A stretch of DNA of 64,000 bases. Source: Camelus dromedarius. Taxonomy: Eukaryota. This document shows positions 34,171-48,500 of this stretch, piece by piece. How positions within the stretch are numbered: position 1 is the stretch's first letter; each line of letters opens with the position of its first letter. The translations under genes and the position numbers were made by a program. The notes beneath the pieces were generated by a model. That model saw only the letters and a list, made by a program, of their open reading frames with translations, did no database searches and was not told the DNA's origin. The stretch spans positions 3,038,001 through 3,102,000 of the forward strand of contig NC_087446.1 of assembly GCF_036321535.1 (NCBI RefSeq), read 5' to 3'.

Positions 34171-34575
34171 GTCTGGTTGGTGTCAGGTCCACAGCAGTGC
34201 CCTGCATGGGGCTCCCGGGCCATCTGGCCTGTGGCCCACCTTGTTTCTGGACCCGCAAGAGCAGTGTCTGCAGCCCAGGGGAGCTGCGGTCCCCCTGCAG
34301 CAGCAGCAGAGCCAGAAGCCACGCAGAGAAGGCGCCCAAGAGGCAGCCTCAGACGCCCGTGCTCCAGAGCTAGGGGTGCTGAGGCCACGGGCGCCCTTCC
34401 CCCTGCACCGCTGCCCTCACAGCCCCCACCTGAGCCACCGGTGGTACTGGCTGTGGCCTTGCCTTCTGCCTGCTGGTTCTCAGGGGGTAGGACCCGCTCT
34501 GTCTCTGTAATTTGTGCAGGGCCAGCTTACACAGCCTGGGGTTGGGGGTTTAGAAGCATGTTTGATGAAAGCATG

Positions 34576-34581
34576 AATAAA
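34576..34581 (+). terminator. Probable CDPF1 polyadenylation signal
   Basis: AATAAA ~400 nt after the CDPF1 stop. Confidence 0.75.
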
Positions 34582-34804
34582 GAGCCTTTACTGACTGATG
34601 TCTGCCCTGGGTTTTCTGTCCCGGGGCCCCAGGCCCATCCTGTCACCCGAGGACTTGGTGTAGGTCGAGCCCACCTCCTGCGTGCAGCTGGCGGACGGTT
34701 CTGGGTGCTGGGCGGGCACTGCAGCTGGGGCTGGCTTTTTCAAACCAACGTTTCATTCTCACAGCAGCATCACTCAAAACTCACCAAGTAATTTTTAAAA
34801 ATAG

Positions 34805-34810
34805 TTTATT
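34805..34810 (-). terminator. Probable distal PPARA polyadenylation signal
   Basis: AATAAA on minus in the context gccttaatggttttaaaaaataaactattt, resembling the recalled human PPARA mRNA end. Confidence 0.75.
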
Positions 34811-37800
34811 TTTTAAAACCATTAAGGCAAAACTGTACCCTGAAATTAACTCTTTACATTCATCAGTCTTACAGTAGGACATTCCAAACACGTAAGTTCC
34901 CATAAATTCAGGATATAAATCAGTATGTGTGATCAGTTCAATCTCGTAAAGGGAAACTGGGTAACACCCAAGATTTTTAAAAAATCAAAGTTATTTTATA
35001 GCCATTTTCTAATTGCCTGGAACCGCTAACCATAAAGTGACTACAAGATCCCATTTGCTCCTCTCCACACACGCGGCTTCCTGCCGCCCTGGGTGCCCTG
35101 CCATCATGCCCAGGGAAGATCTGCTTTGGAATTCTCCTGTTTAGTATAAAATACAAAGGGTCTGTCAGCCCCCTAAGTACTTTGAGAGTATAAGGCACCC
35201 GAGAACAGTGACGATGAACACACCAAGAAACTAGGCTCAGTCCTAGCTTTGGAAGCCTGTGCCGTCCTGCCCTGTGTCTGGCAAGGCTCCCCCCTCGAGT
35301 TTCGGCGTGACGGCCCCACAGGTCCCGGTGGGCGGTACAGACAGACATCAAGAAGAAATTTGCCAAGATACAGAAAACAACGTATGGGGGACTCACGAGG
35401 GTCTGTGGCTTCTGCTTTATGCTCCGGGTTGGGCCATCTGGGGGCTGCCAGGGACCCAGCAGAGTATTTCAAATTGCAAAGTTCTTTGGTAAAATTGCAC
35501 AGGTGGTAATTCCCTGAAAAGCAGACAGCTACTCACTACATAGGAATAGTTCACGGCCTTGGGCGAGACCCTGCTGTGTGGGGTCAGTGACTGCTAACCC
35601 AGCCTGAGGCAGCCTTGCTGGTAGGAATGGCAGAGAGAGACGTGCTTGTCGTCTTGTATGTGAAGCGCACAGACTTCACACACAAGGGCTCCGAGAGGAG
35701 GAGCCCTGCGAGCGCGTGCGCGCGCGCAGCTGCGTTTCAGTTGTGGTAGTTCAGCTTCCTCTGTGTTTCCGCAGGTCCAGGAGCCAGACTGCTAAGAGTA
35801 CATGTCAACTAATACTGATTTCAGGAGAATCCAAGTGTCTGCTATTAGATGCATGATTGTAAGTTAGTAAAATATTTATATTAGGATTTTTTTAAAAAAA
35901 TCACAGTATTTAAGATATAGCCATTAACATAGTTCTTTTGACCATACAGTGTAGAAAAAATAGTGATACTCAAATTCGAATACCGTGATCTTACCAAAAA
36001 GGGTTCTGAGTGGTATCCATCTTACGTGAGGTACATTTTTTTTTAGGCCTGAAAAAAGGACCAGGCCATCTGTGCCTTTAAAATGAAAAGACATTTCCCC
36101 AAAGTGAATGATTTTACCTTGAAATCACTTGTCTTCAGGGCCTGGGGACTTGGTGGCCCACGTGCCCATGGCCCCGCAGCTCCCCGCTCGTCCCAGGAGG
36201 CAGGGGTGATGGGGCGCTCATCCGTGCACCGGCTGGCGTGGTTCTGGACTGTTCATTACAGAACGGACTTTAGGTGCTGGGTGCCGGGGCAGGGCAGGGG
36301 GGTAGGAGGCCGGTGTGTCACCTCCTCTGGGGAAAACATGGAAGGCTTCACATGTGACCCAAACTAGCAAACACATTTTAAATTTAAAAACGTGACCCAG
36401 GTCTTAATTTGCTGTTTGTGATGTTAAAAAATTGATTTTTTTTTTTTTTGCAAATAATGCATTGAACAACCACGGGGGCACTGAGGTCCTTGCTGTTGTC
36501 AGTTGCCTCAGTCAGGATGTGACCTTGAAGTGGATGCAGTTTGGTCTGTCCTATTAGGCAAAGGAGTCCTGGAGGACGTGGCTGCATGGATCCCAGCTAG
36601 GTCACAGTGGCCCCCCTTCCTCAGAGGGGTGGAAGTAAACAGGGAGACTTCTCTTGTCTCGGGCGGAGATTCTGAGAAGCAGACGGTCTGCTGACAGCCC
36701 CACTCGACCTAGAAGGAGTCCTGATGCCTTAAGCTGGGAAGAGGCTGCTGGAAGTCAGCCGGGGTGGCACCTCTCACTTTCTGCTCCAGTGACCAGGTGG
36801 CGCCCACAGCGGCCCCCTCTGCAGCTCGAGGACCTGCCGTGTCCCAGGAAAACAGCCGAACAGAAAGCGCTACTTGACGATTGAAATGGAAGCATGAAGA
36901 CTCAACTGTCTTTTTTCCCTTTTGTCTTAACAAAACTTCCAAGATCATATTTTAGCTTGTATTGTAGTTTCCAAGGAAACAGAGGGGTCTCCTGTGTTCT
37001 GAGTCAGACCGATTTCTGGCCTTTATTCTCATTCTAGTGTGTTTCACAGGCTGAGGGTCGATGGCCACGTCCCTGAATTGTATTAAAACAGCACCTAAAA
37101 GCAGACAGACTTCACCTTTGGAGCCGAGTCTTAGATCTGTCCAGGCAGAAGGTCCCCAGAGGAGACCTTGCTGTGGGGACAGTCCTTACCGGGGTAAGGC
37201 GGAAAGAGCCCAGGTAGGGAGGCGCGGTCAGCACCGTTCGGGCAGCCTGGTTACCATCACGGCCCCGCTGAGCAGTCCGCGGGGCCCTCCTGCTGCAGGC
37301 AGGCTGTGCCATCTGAAGGTCACTGCTGTCAGGAAGGCAAGATTCCCCTTAGCTGACCGCTTGATGCAGACTTGTTTGGGAAGAATCCTTAATCCCAGGG
37401 GAGCCCATAAGTCAGCTTGGCCCAAGATTTAAGAGAAGCGGGGCCACTTTGAAGATAAACAAATACAGATAACCTGGCTTTGGAAACGGCCAGCGCCTGC
37501 CTCCCGGTGCCGTACAAACGGTGAGTGTGGAGAAGGTCCTCCCTGGAAACTTTTTAACAATCCGTAAGCCCTCAGTTGATGGCATCGACCTTATCTTGTG
37601 ACTTCTATGGACGGTATAATTTCCTGACCTCTCCTGAGTTGACACCACTGTTGTGAATTTAAGAGCAAGTAACCCCTCCAGGTGGCCCAGGCTAACCCGC
37701 AGGAACCCGGAGGTGGGGGAAATGCGCTAGACCTGGGGCCAAACCTGCACCGCCAGGAGAACCTTCATCCGAACCCAGGTGTTCCCATCATGGGGCGGAG

Positions 37801-38952
37801 ACCTGGAGGAGACAGCAGGAACCTGCGTTGACAGCCTAGGTAGGTAGCTGGGAGCACCTGACATGTTTTCCTTGCGGGATCTGTGTTTTGAAAGGCAACA
37901 CGGGTCGAAGAGGTACTATGAAGGTGCTGGGCTCTCCCTGGGTCCCTGGAAGCCCCCACAAAAGGCCAGGCCGGTGGTCAAGTCAGTCTTAGCTGGGAGC
38001 ACTGGACTTGCTGGTTGAAACAATGGATTCATATTTAAACAGGAGTTTTAAAGACATTCCAGAGACAGATGTGGTCATTGGGTCAATACACACACACACA
38101 ACCTCTCCATCGTGTATCTGGTTGTAGTTGCCAAACGTGCCCAGTGGTTTGAAATGGGAGCCAGAGGCCGGAAACGCCCGGAGCCAGGCACAGGTGCAAC
38201 TGGGGGGCGGCGAGGCGTTGGAAAGCCACGGCCTGACGGAGGCTTGCACGAAGGCATCTCTCTCCATCCTCACCTGCCAGGATCTCTCCATGAACAAACA
38301 GGCTTACGCATGGCCGGCAGGCGCAGCTGGAGGTGGGAGGCCTTGGAGGGCAGGTCACCGCAAGCCGGGACCATTGCCGTTTCTCCTAAACCCGGGTACC
38401 GCTCACGCGCAGCGACTTCTGCACGTGTGTCTGTAAGGCTCCCTTCAAACGACAGAAGTTCCCCTGAAGAGTCCTGTAAACTTCTGTGTCTCAGCGCACA
38501 CAGCGGCAGTGAGCGTACAGCCTGAGCCCTCAGCTCAGGTCAGACTAGAGGCGCACCAGAAAGCCCCCGCGTTTGTATGCACCTTGATTTTAACAGTGCC
38601 TCTGACAGCTCTCCTGAGGTGGCTGTCCCGCTGCGGGCTTGGGGAAGCAGGAGTTGCTAAATTAATGGTTTACTTATCATCATACGTCAAACAAAGGATC
38701 TTACTTGTGCCTTGAGCTTCTGCTCGGATCTTAGGATGCTGCCCTGGGGCTGGAACCTCTGCACGGTCCTCAAGGCCGCCTGTTTCCGTAGTTTTACGGC
38801 AGAAAGAAACACATCGCTCCAGTGGAAAGGTGCGTGCTATGCTCGTAGGAGGAAAGGGAGGAGTCCCTTTAAGAGGGACAGCTCTCAAAGGCATTAATGC
38901 GTGGAGATCCCTTCAGCTCCGTTCACAGGTATTATTTGTGTGTGCGTACATC

Positions 38953-39091
38953 TTTTTTTTTTTTTTTTTTGGGAGGGGAGGTAATTAGGTTTATTTAGTT
39001 AGTTAGTCTTAATGGAGGTCCTGGGGATTGAACCCAAGACCTCGTGTGTGGTAAGCACACGCTCTACCTCTGAGCTAGACCCTCCTCCCCC
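38953..39091 (-). mobile_element. vic-1-like SINE in the PPARA 3'UTR (sense to PPARA)
   Basis: tRNA head, tail module and A18 tail. Confidence 0.92.
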
Positions 39092-42061
39092 ATCCTCTTT
39101 GGGAAGATGCTTTAAACTCATCTCACCAGAGAGCTGTAGGAAGGTCACAGGGAACCTGGAGACAAGGCGGGAAGGAAGGAGGGGCTCCTAAGCTCCGGCA
39201 AAATTCAAACTGCTCCCAAATCCCGCACCCACTGATGGCTGGAGGGGACCCAGTTTCTGACAATACCGGATGTCACCAAAACAACTCCCTGCATGTGCAG
39301 CCCTCTGGCCTCTCGTGGGGTGGCCGGTGCAGAACTCAGTGCGGGGGGCTCCAACTGGAAATGCCCAGGAGGCAGAGGAGGGGCGCCGCGAGCCCCTCAT
39401 CCCTCTTTCCCGTCAGCACTGGAGACAGAGGCTGCCCGTAACCTGTGGTCTCTGGGGAGTCCAGCCCTCTGTGCTATGACAGGTGAGGACATGAAGAATC
39501 AGGTTTAAACAGCGACTTGAAGGTGGGCTCAGGGTGGTGCAAAGGGGGCCCCCACGTCCTGTGTCCAGCACCGGGGCAGCGGGCTCCACACTCATGGTCG
39601 AAGCACCTGGAACCTGCTGCAACGCTTCGTTGTCGCTGACGCTGACGATGTCCACTGAAGCCCAGCCAGCAGTCCGTGCACCCCTTAAAGTTCCTATTGG
39701 ACGTACTACCGTGTATGGCCTGGTGAATAACTCGTCCATATTTGACTATCAGTGCTCTGAGAAATCTTGGATTAGGTGGCCCAAAATATTCCGAGTGGCA
39801 ATCAGTGACACCGTCGTTCAAAACGAATTTCTTCTTATTAACAAGGGAACAAGGTCAAGCGACTTTCAGGCTGAGGTCGCTCGCGGCCTCCTCTGTGGCT
39901 TCCCCAGGGGTGCGGCGGGTACTCTGGCTGGGCCCCGGGAGAGGCCGAGGCTCACTGACGCGGCCGATGCAGCGCCTGGGCCCCTGTCAGCTGCTCCTAC
40001 GGCCAGTATAAACTGGGAGCTGTTTTACGTAGGTTTCATGAGGATCTAAACAGGATGGACAGCTTTTCTGAAAGCCTGCGTCTCAAGGTTCACTTTCCGA
40101 AGTCGCGTCCATGTGAGTGGATCTGTCCCGGGACACCAGAGCGAGGGGCGACACACGCCTGGCCCCAGAATCCAGTCCGCGACCCGAGACCCGCAACATG
40201 CCACAGCCCGCCAGGCTCCCAGCCCGGGGAGGTGGCACTTTAGGAGAGAACAGGAAATGGATGCACCGCGTGACTCAAAGCCCTTCTGACTTAGGGAGAC
40301 CCTTGATTGGTGTCATTCTAAAGAGGAAATGCCTTTGTTTGCTTCCAACAGATCCTTTGATTGGATATTTCTTGAAAAATGAAGATAAAAAACATTGCTA
40401 CATGTGTTATGTCAAAAGGACGTCCTGATTGTAACCTTTGCTTTTTTCTAGTTGAAGTCTCACAGTTCTGCTTATAGTGATGCTGATCTTGGGAACTTTA
40501 CCAAATTCCATCCTAGTCACTCTTTAACAGCAAATAATAACAATGACCTTACAGAACCAAATTCCTCAAAGATAAAGGGGGAGGGAGCTAAGGTACAACC
40601 AGGCCGTAAGTGCTGTCAGTTCAGGAGGCGTCCAGGGACCCTGCGGAGTCAACAGAGCCTGCAGGCTCAGCCCGTCTGGCTGGCTCGGGGGGAGGCCCTG
40701 CTGCAAGCCCTCTGACAGGACAGTTCATCTGGCGGACAGAGAGGCTTTCCAGGTCCAGGTGTTCTGAGACACACCCATAAACAACACTGCTTTCGTAACT
40801 GGACCGAGGCTGAGGAGCTGCTCTTTAAGGCTGAAACAACTATTTTAGATACTGGGCCAACCCCCTTCCGCACATAGTTGGAAGAGGAGACAACTCTCCG
40901 TCTCTGTGACAACAACCAGCCTGTCAGGAATCCTGAGATTAATACGACCCTCTTTCACACCCCACCCCTCCGTTCTCCAGATGAGACCCCTGCCCACCCC
41001 TGAGCCACGCCATGAACTTGCATCTGCCACATCTTCTCTCCATGAAGCAGCTACCACCAGCAAGTGTTTAAAAAAAAATAATAAAGCTGCATATTTCAAA
41101 AAGCAACATAGAAAAAGACCACAGAGCTGCCTTGATGGGGGCAGGGGGCCCAGAGCAACATTTACAAATCATTTGTCAGTTTGCCCCTGAAGACACGCCC
41201 ATGGCCCCCAAAAGCCTGACTGGGCTGGTTCAGATTTGAGGGGAAATCGAGGTGAGAGGAATGGGAAGCTGACCTACGTTCAGAGTCTGTCTCGTCCCTG
41301 CCAACCACAGACGCTAGCTTCACACGGCAAAGAACCAAGTCCAGAGGGGCCTGAGACCCGGCTTCCAGGACCTTCTACACAAACCTGGGGATAGACTTCT
41401 CCACGTATCAGCCCTAAGCAGGAAAGCAGCACACTGAAACAAAGCCACCCCGCCCGCGCACAGCTTATCAGGAATTCTCGGAATCCTAAATCCTATGATG
41501 AAAAAAGCCCAGCATGTTGCCTTTCTTCAAATTCAGGGAACATAATCGAAGTCTTCTAAATAAATACTTGGCTGCTTCTAAAACGCCTAAACTTTGGATG
41601 CACCTAGACTCACAGGATTATGAAAGTTAGAAAGTGCTGATTAGTTTTCAAAATTAGAAAGGAGCACGACAGTCAAAAGGTGGCGAAAAGGGAAGACAGC
41701 GTGAGTTCTGAGGCTAACGCGACGGCAAATTACGAACATGATGTAAAGAAACCTGTGATGATTAACTAACATCAGGTGTGTTAAAATCGGACCGCTGAAC
41801 ATCATTCTCCTTAATTTTCCAAGTCCTGACTGTCAGCCGCCTACCATCGGCATTTCAATACTTTGCACGCGCTCAGAAGTACTGGTTAAAAGAAGACAGA
41901 GACGTGGAACAGGACTCGGTTACCCGGAGCCCAGACTCCCGTCATGTAAGGCTAAAGTGTGGCTGCGTGTGCACAGTCGCACCGCCGCCACCGCTCACGC
42001 GTCGTGCTGTCGCCGGCAGAAACCCTGCACGAGTTCCTCTTCTGGGTTCACGGGTGGGGCA

Positions 42062-42406
<345 letters not shown>

Positions 42407-43880
42407 TTACAGAAAGCTTAGCTGCCTTTAGGTGCTGTCAACTTGCCTGGAAAGTGGAACTGGATTTTCCCAAAGTCGCCAGGCCTAGAAGGGGTAGACA
42501 GTTAGGGCAAATACTCATTCCAAAATATACCTACTGCCTTAACTCAACTCCCTACCTTACAGGGCGGCCGCTTCCTCTAGGATTGATCTGATTGCCACCT
42601 GTCAGGGGAAACCCCCAGCATATTAGGTGAAGCTCTGCACACAACCAATTTTGCATAATACGGGAAATGAAATTCTCCTCCCCACGTCTTCCTAGATCTT
42701 TGGCGTCAACGATATTTGAGGCCTGTGATTAGTTCACCGTAGGCTTTGTGGTATAAAGCACTGTTGCAGGTACCTTCTCGTATAAATCGACTTGAAAGAC
42801 AGTGGAGTGAGAAATGAGTGGAAGGATGGATACTGGCTGGAGAGGGTGCTGAGGACACCCGCAGAGGGGAGGTCCGAGGCCTGGCACGGGAGAGGCGACG
42901 TGGACAGCAGGCGACTCCCCGGGGCGGCTCAGACGCAGGCCCCAGGCTCCCTGGACAGCTCAGACCCTGTGCCCCCCGCCCCCAAATCCAAACTCCATAG
43001 GCGGCGCTCTCTTTAGAGTCCTACTCGTTACCAGGATTTTCGAAAGTGTTGCTAATGATGTGGATTTTCCTTTGTTAAATAAATATAATTGTTAAGTTTT
43101 TAAACAGAGAGATTTAAAAAATAGTAAGTAAGCCCCCCTCGAATTTTAACCCCATCATACAGATTTAACGGATATCCCACCAGACGGTCTCTGCTCTGTG
43201 ACGGGAACGTCCTTTATAAAACTGTGGCCATACTGCTTAGAAACAGTTCTGCCTGGCTTTCATCCACAACACAACTCTGGAGCGTGCGCACCAAGGACAA
43301 TGACAGATCACATGCGGCTGCCTTGTGGTTCTACGCATTTTGCCAGAGCACAGGACAGAGCACAGGACTCCCCCTGCCGGACTGTGCCCAGCTGGATGGT
43401 CAGAGGGACGGCCTCGTGCAGCTGAGCACCGCCCCCCGCCCCAGCCCCACGCATGGAGTCTGGGCAGCTGCGGCCAGCCTCAGTTCTGCCAGGGAGGGAC
43501 TCGGGGGGACTGCACAGCTCCGGGGAGTCTGAGGAGGCCGTGGCCCCATCAGTCTCCCCAGGGCTGAGTGAGGTCAGCTGAGTTTACGGTAGAGGGATGA
43601 CCTTCTTAGACCCAGGACAGGGCTATTTAAAGGAACATGACACTGAGCCAAAAATCTGGGGACTGCAGCTCCCCCGCACAGAGGCCCAGACCTCCCTGCA
43701 CTGGGATCCATTTCCTTTGGCAAAGCACATTTTGCAGTCACTGCCAGTTGGTTACTGACATTTTTCACTATGAAACAGTGTAACTACACCAACAAAGGCA
43801 GCGACTGGACTAACATCTGTGTGCACTTTATAGAATACTGTCCGTGATGTGGATCTAATACTATAATAACAATTATAACA

Positions 43881-44209
43881 CAGTCGTCCCTCGGTAGCCA
43901 TGGGGGACTCGCTCCAGGACCCCCAAGGACACCAAAATCCACAGATGCCCACGTCCCTTCTATAAGATGGCATATTACCTGCGCACACCCCCCCGTGCAC
44001 TGTAAATGAGCTCTAGATTACCTATAACACACAGTACAATGTAAATGCTATGTAAATAGTTATAAATACAGTGTAAATGCCATGTAAATAGCTGTCGGTG
44101 CGTGGCAAATTCAAGCTTTGCTTTTTGGAGCTTTCTGGAAATTTTTTTCCTGAATCTGCAGTTGGTTGAACCTGCAGATGCGAAACCCACAGAAATAAAG
44201 GGCCAAATG
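43881..44209 (+). mobile_element. MER2B-like Tigger-family DNA element
   Basis: cagtcgtccctcggtagccatgggggac...ttggttgaacctgcagatgcgaaacccac...ggccaaatg|ta; TIR-like ends and TA at the right side. Confidence 0.85.
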
Positions 44210-44525
44210 TATATGATAATAATATACACCATACACTATAATATTATTATACCTGATATATAATAGATACTAGATATAATGGATAACAGATATAATTACA
44301 CTAGCATTATTAATGATATGCTATAAGTAGAATATATATTTATGTAATTATAAACAGAACATATTTCTATTGCGCAAACGTGTTTGTATATAAGACATGC
44401 TGTAATATGACATGTGGTGACGACATTCTCACCCGTTGCCAGTGGGGACGCGGGGCTCGGACGCCGCGCGGGCTCCGCTGGGGCCTGGCTCCTGCTCACA
44501 GCGGGGCCGCCCCCGCCAGGCCTCA

Positions 44526-45062
<537 letters not shown>

Positions 45063-45390
45063 TCAAGCTGTCCTCTTAATTAGCAAGAAACTGATGGCAG
45101 TCACTGTATTCCAGTCGCCTGTGGAGACTCAAAACATGTGCAAAACACAGCCCTCATCCTTAGCCCCAAAGCGAGCTGCCGATAAGAATTACTAGAGAAC
45201 AATGTAAGTCAGTAAGGTGACAATCACCACTGCCTGACACTGGAGGGGACTTCACTGCTAAGAAGCTAAAGTACTGATTTTGATGATAAAGCTAACAAGA
45301 AACAGAGTATCAGCAGGGCACTTTAAACATTTTATAATATCCTCTGAACTCCCAAATACGACTGCAATAGCCTTACCTGCAATCATTCTT

Positions 45391-45561
45391 TTTTAATATT
45401 TTTATTTTTAAATTTTTATTTATTTATTTTTTGGCTTTGGGGTTTTTTAGGGGGGATATTTATTTATTTATTTATTTATTTCAGTGGAGGTGCTGGGGAT
45501 TGAACCCAGGACCTTGTGCATGCTAGGCATACACTCTACCACTGAGCCATACGCTCCCCCC
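45391..45561 (-). mobile_element. vic-1-like SINE
   Basis: ggaggtgctggggattgaacccaggaccttgtgcatgctaggc...gagccatacgctcccccc. Confidence 0.92.
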
Positions 45562-48500
45562 AAGAATTCTTAATTTTATCATTTTGTGAACTTCAGAGAT
45601 AACCACCATTATCCAACACTGAGCATCGAATGAATGAATCTGGCACGTAATCACATACAACTCAGAAAGTTGGCATTTGTGTAGACGTCAACAAACGCGC
45701 ATTGTTAAGCCCGCGCTCTCTGGGCACAAGCGGAAAAGCCCTGAAGGGCTCTTGTTTCTCAGGGCAGGAGACTGAAACCTCCTCCCCAGTGCCCCACCTT
45801 CTGAAACAAGCATCAAGTCCCCATGGTAGCGCCTAAACGTGGCCTCACCATCTGCCTCCAAACCCACCGGTCCTGCCACTTCCTAAAGATCTAGAGAGGA
45901 AAGAAGAGGCGGCTGGCATGTTATTTGAAGACAACGTGCCCAGAAGGGATGGTGTATCTGGGGGGCTTAGGAGAACGGGCACAGACACCGCTGCTGGCTG
46001 AAATCCACGCCAGGTCTGTATGCGGAGCAGAAGAAATGGCGTCTCCAAGGGCAGTCTCTGATCTATACTGTGCTCCACAGATCAGAAATTAAGTTGGCGG
46101 AGGCATTATTTTCAGTCCCCACTTAGTGTCCAGGCAGCCCAGCGATTTTAAGCACTGCTCTGCCAGTGGGTAAAACCCATCACTGACCATGCATCTGGGC
46201 TCACGGCATGGCACGTGCCCTATTTCTGGGCTGACAAGAGCAGCTGGAAGAATCACAGTACAAAGCCATCTGCAGGGCACCTGCGGGGTGTCCCTGGCCC
46301 AGAAGCAAGCTGGAAGTGTTGGAATAATCTGATGACTGCACTTAAAATTTTTAAACAGAATTTGAATTTGCAATATAGTGTTGGACCAAAAAAAAAATTC
46401 TGATTCCACATCAGAGGAAAGAGAATACTTTTTAAATTATCTGTGAGCGACTGAAAACATTCTGAGTATAAAATTCAAAGCCAAACTTCTAAAACTCCTG
46501 TTTGATAAAGGAAGACTAAAACTGTCTCTCTCTAAAGACTTTAAAAGCAGGCCAGATCTACCATTGTTCTGGGAAAGTTTGCGGGCACCTCTGCTTCACA
46601 GAAGTTGGAGCTCAGATTTAAAGAATTAACGTTAATAGGATGCACTAGAAAAATGTTTTTAAAGGAGAGATGGCACTATTTCCTCAACTCCAGAAAATAC
46701 AATATTAGGTCACCCTGACTTTATTTGAAGCATTGGCTTTTTAAAAGGACCTTCAGCAGAAATAAAGGTATTAAATAAAATTTAAAAAAACGAGTGCCAT
46801 TGTCAAAAAAAAAAAAAAAAATTCGAGAAACACTGAGTTAAATGAAGTTAGGGCCTGCCAGAGCCTTTAATGCAACGAGTGTCCAGGACAGGGTTAGGGT
46901 GAGCAGTGGTTCCAAGTGTCTGATTACAGAATGCTTGTCTATTTATTTGTTATTTTTTGGTACAACATCTCATAGGACCAGCACACATTGGCTCTATAAT
47001 CTGCAGGGTCCAGTGTAAAATGCCACTTAGAAAAAAGTGATTAAGAATTTCAAGACTGGGACCCAGAGCATTAAATCCCAGCGCAGGGCCCTTCTAAGCA
47101 GGGGACATTGTGAAACAGAACGGGTGCCCAGGAAGCTGGCCCGGCACCAGTTCTGTGTGAAACATTCTCTCTTAAATGGAGACTTAACTGGTAACAGATA
47201 TCTCATTTCTTTTAAATAAAATTATCACTTGGATTTTAGAAGGCAGGCCTCATTCACAGGCAAAATTAGAAACCATATGAATTCAGAAAAAGTGCTAACA
47301 TTGAAAAACCATGTTTATTGAAGCCAAAGAGAAACTGTATAGTAAGACACTTGAAAATCTGCCAAACCTTATGGAGAAACATTCTTGATAAGACTATTTT
47401 AAAAATCCAGGAAGCTTATATTTAACTCTGAAATGTGCCTTTTATAGCCAAGCTTGAATATGAATCTATCTGACGTTACAGGAGGTCATTTCGAATCAGC
47501 GGAGCACATTGCCAAGACTTTCAGCAGCACAGGGCAGAAAGCTGCCCACCTCCCCAGACCGCCCCACACCAAGCCCAGAAGCCTCCCCGCACTGATACAT
47601 GCCACCCCGGCTCGTGCCTAATGGTGTCCTCGGTGTGTTAATCCTGTTATTTATAAGAAGTCCTCTCCAAAACACATTTAAACAGCATTTTCTATAAAGT
47701 TGGGCAGTGCCATCTTCTAGGAGAAATCTGTGAATTATTGGTAGAATTGTTTTGGGTGAAATTATTTCATAAGCTTTTGGATGGGTTTTACTACGCATTT
47801 CTAGATGCACTAACAAGAGCAGGTAGTAAGTGTGTCCCTCAATCTGAAGACAGCTTAAGATGTAGGTACGATACTTCAGGACAACACAGCAGGCACAACC
47901 CCGGGGTGTGGTGCAAGGGGGCTGCGGGTCCAGGACAGTGCCCCGCCTGCGGCTCTGTCCCTGAGACTGTGCCCGAGCCGGCCCTCCAAGCTCTCGGGTG
48001 ACTGGGCTGGGGAGGTGGGGAATGGAGGAAGGCCATGACTCGGCAGACAGAGGACATGGGGTGGGAAGTGAACCTGACCTGGAGCAAACGGTTCAATCAA
48101 ATGAGATGAGTGACACCTGGACCCTTCCTTGCAAAGCGGGACCCACGCTGCTCTGGTCTGGAGGTGGGGCGGAAGCAGGCATGACTGAGCAGTACACCAA
48201 ATTCGTTCCCTGTACAGTGAAGCCCAGCCCTACAGTGCTGGTCTACTATTTCCTTCCTTACGATCAAAATACAGATTCCTCTCCCAGACTAACTGTCTGA
48301 GAGTGCTCGTCAGCTCCAGCCGGGGTGACGGCTTCCTTCCAAGAGCGTGTGGTGCCCAGGGGCATGAGAAGCATACTCTATGGAAATCAAGTGAATATCG
48401 AACAGGAGGGTTTGGTTAAGAGCGCAGATGACTTTTAAGCTTGCTTTACATTCTGAAAACCCACGGGAGATGCAGGGGATTTCAGGAAGGTCTAGAAGAC

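Larger units (their letters stand above)
34785..42061 (-). other. PPARA: PPARA 3'UTR (~7.3 kb)
   Basis: From stop codon 42062 to the distal AATAAA; a long UTR is consistent with other mammals. Confidence 0.7.
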
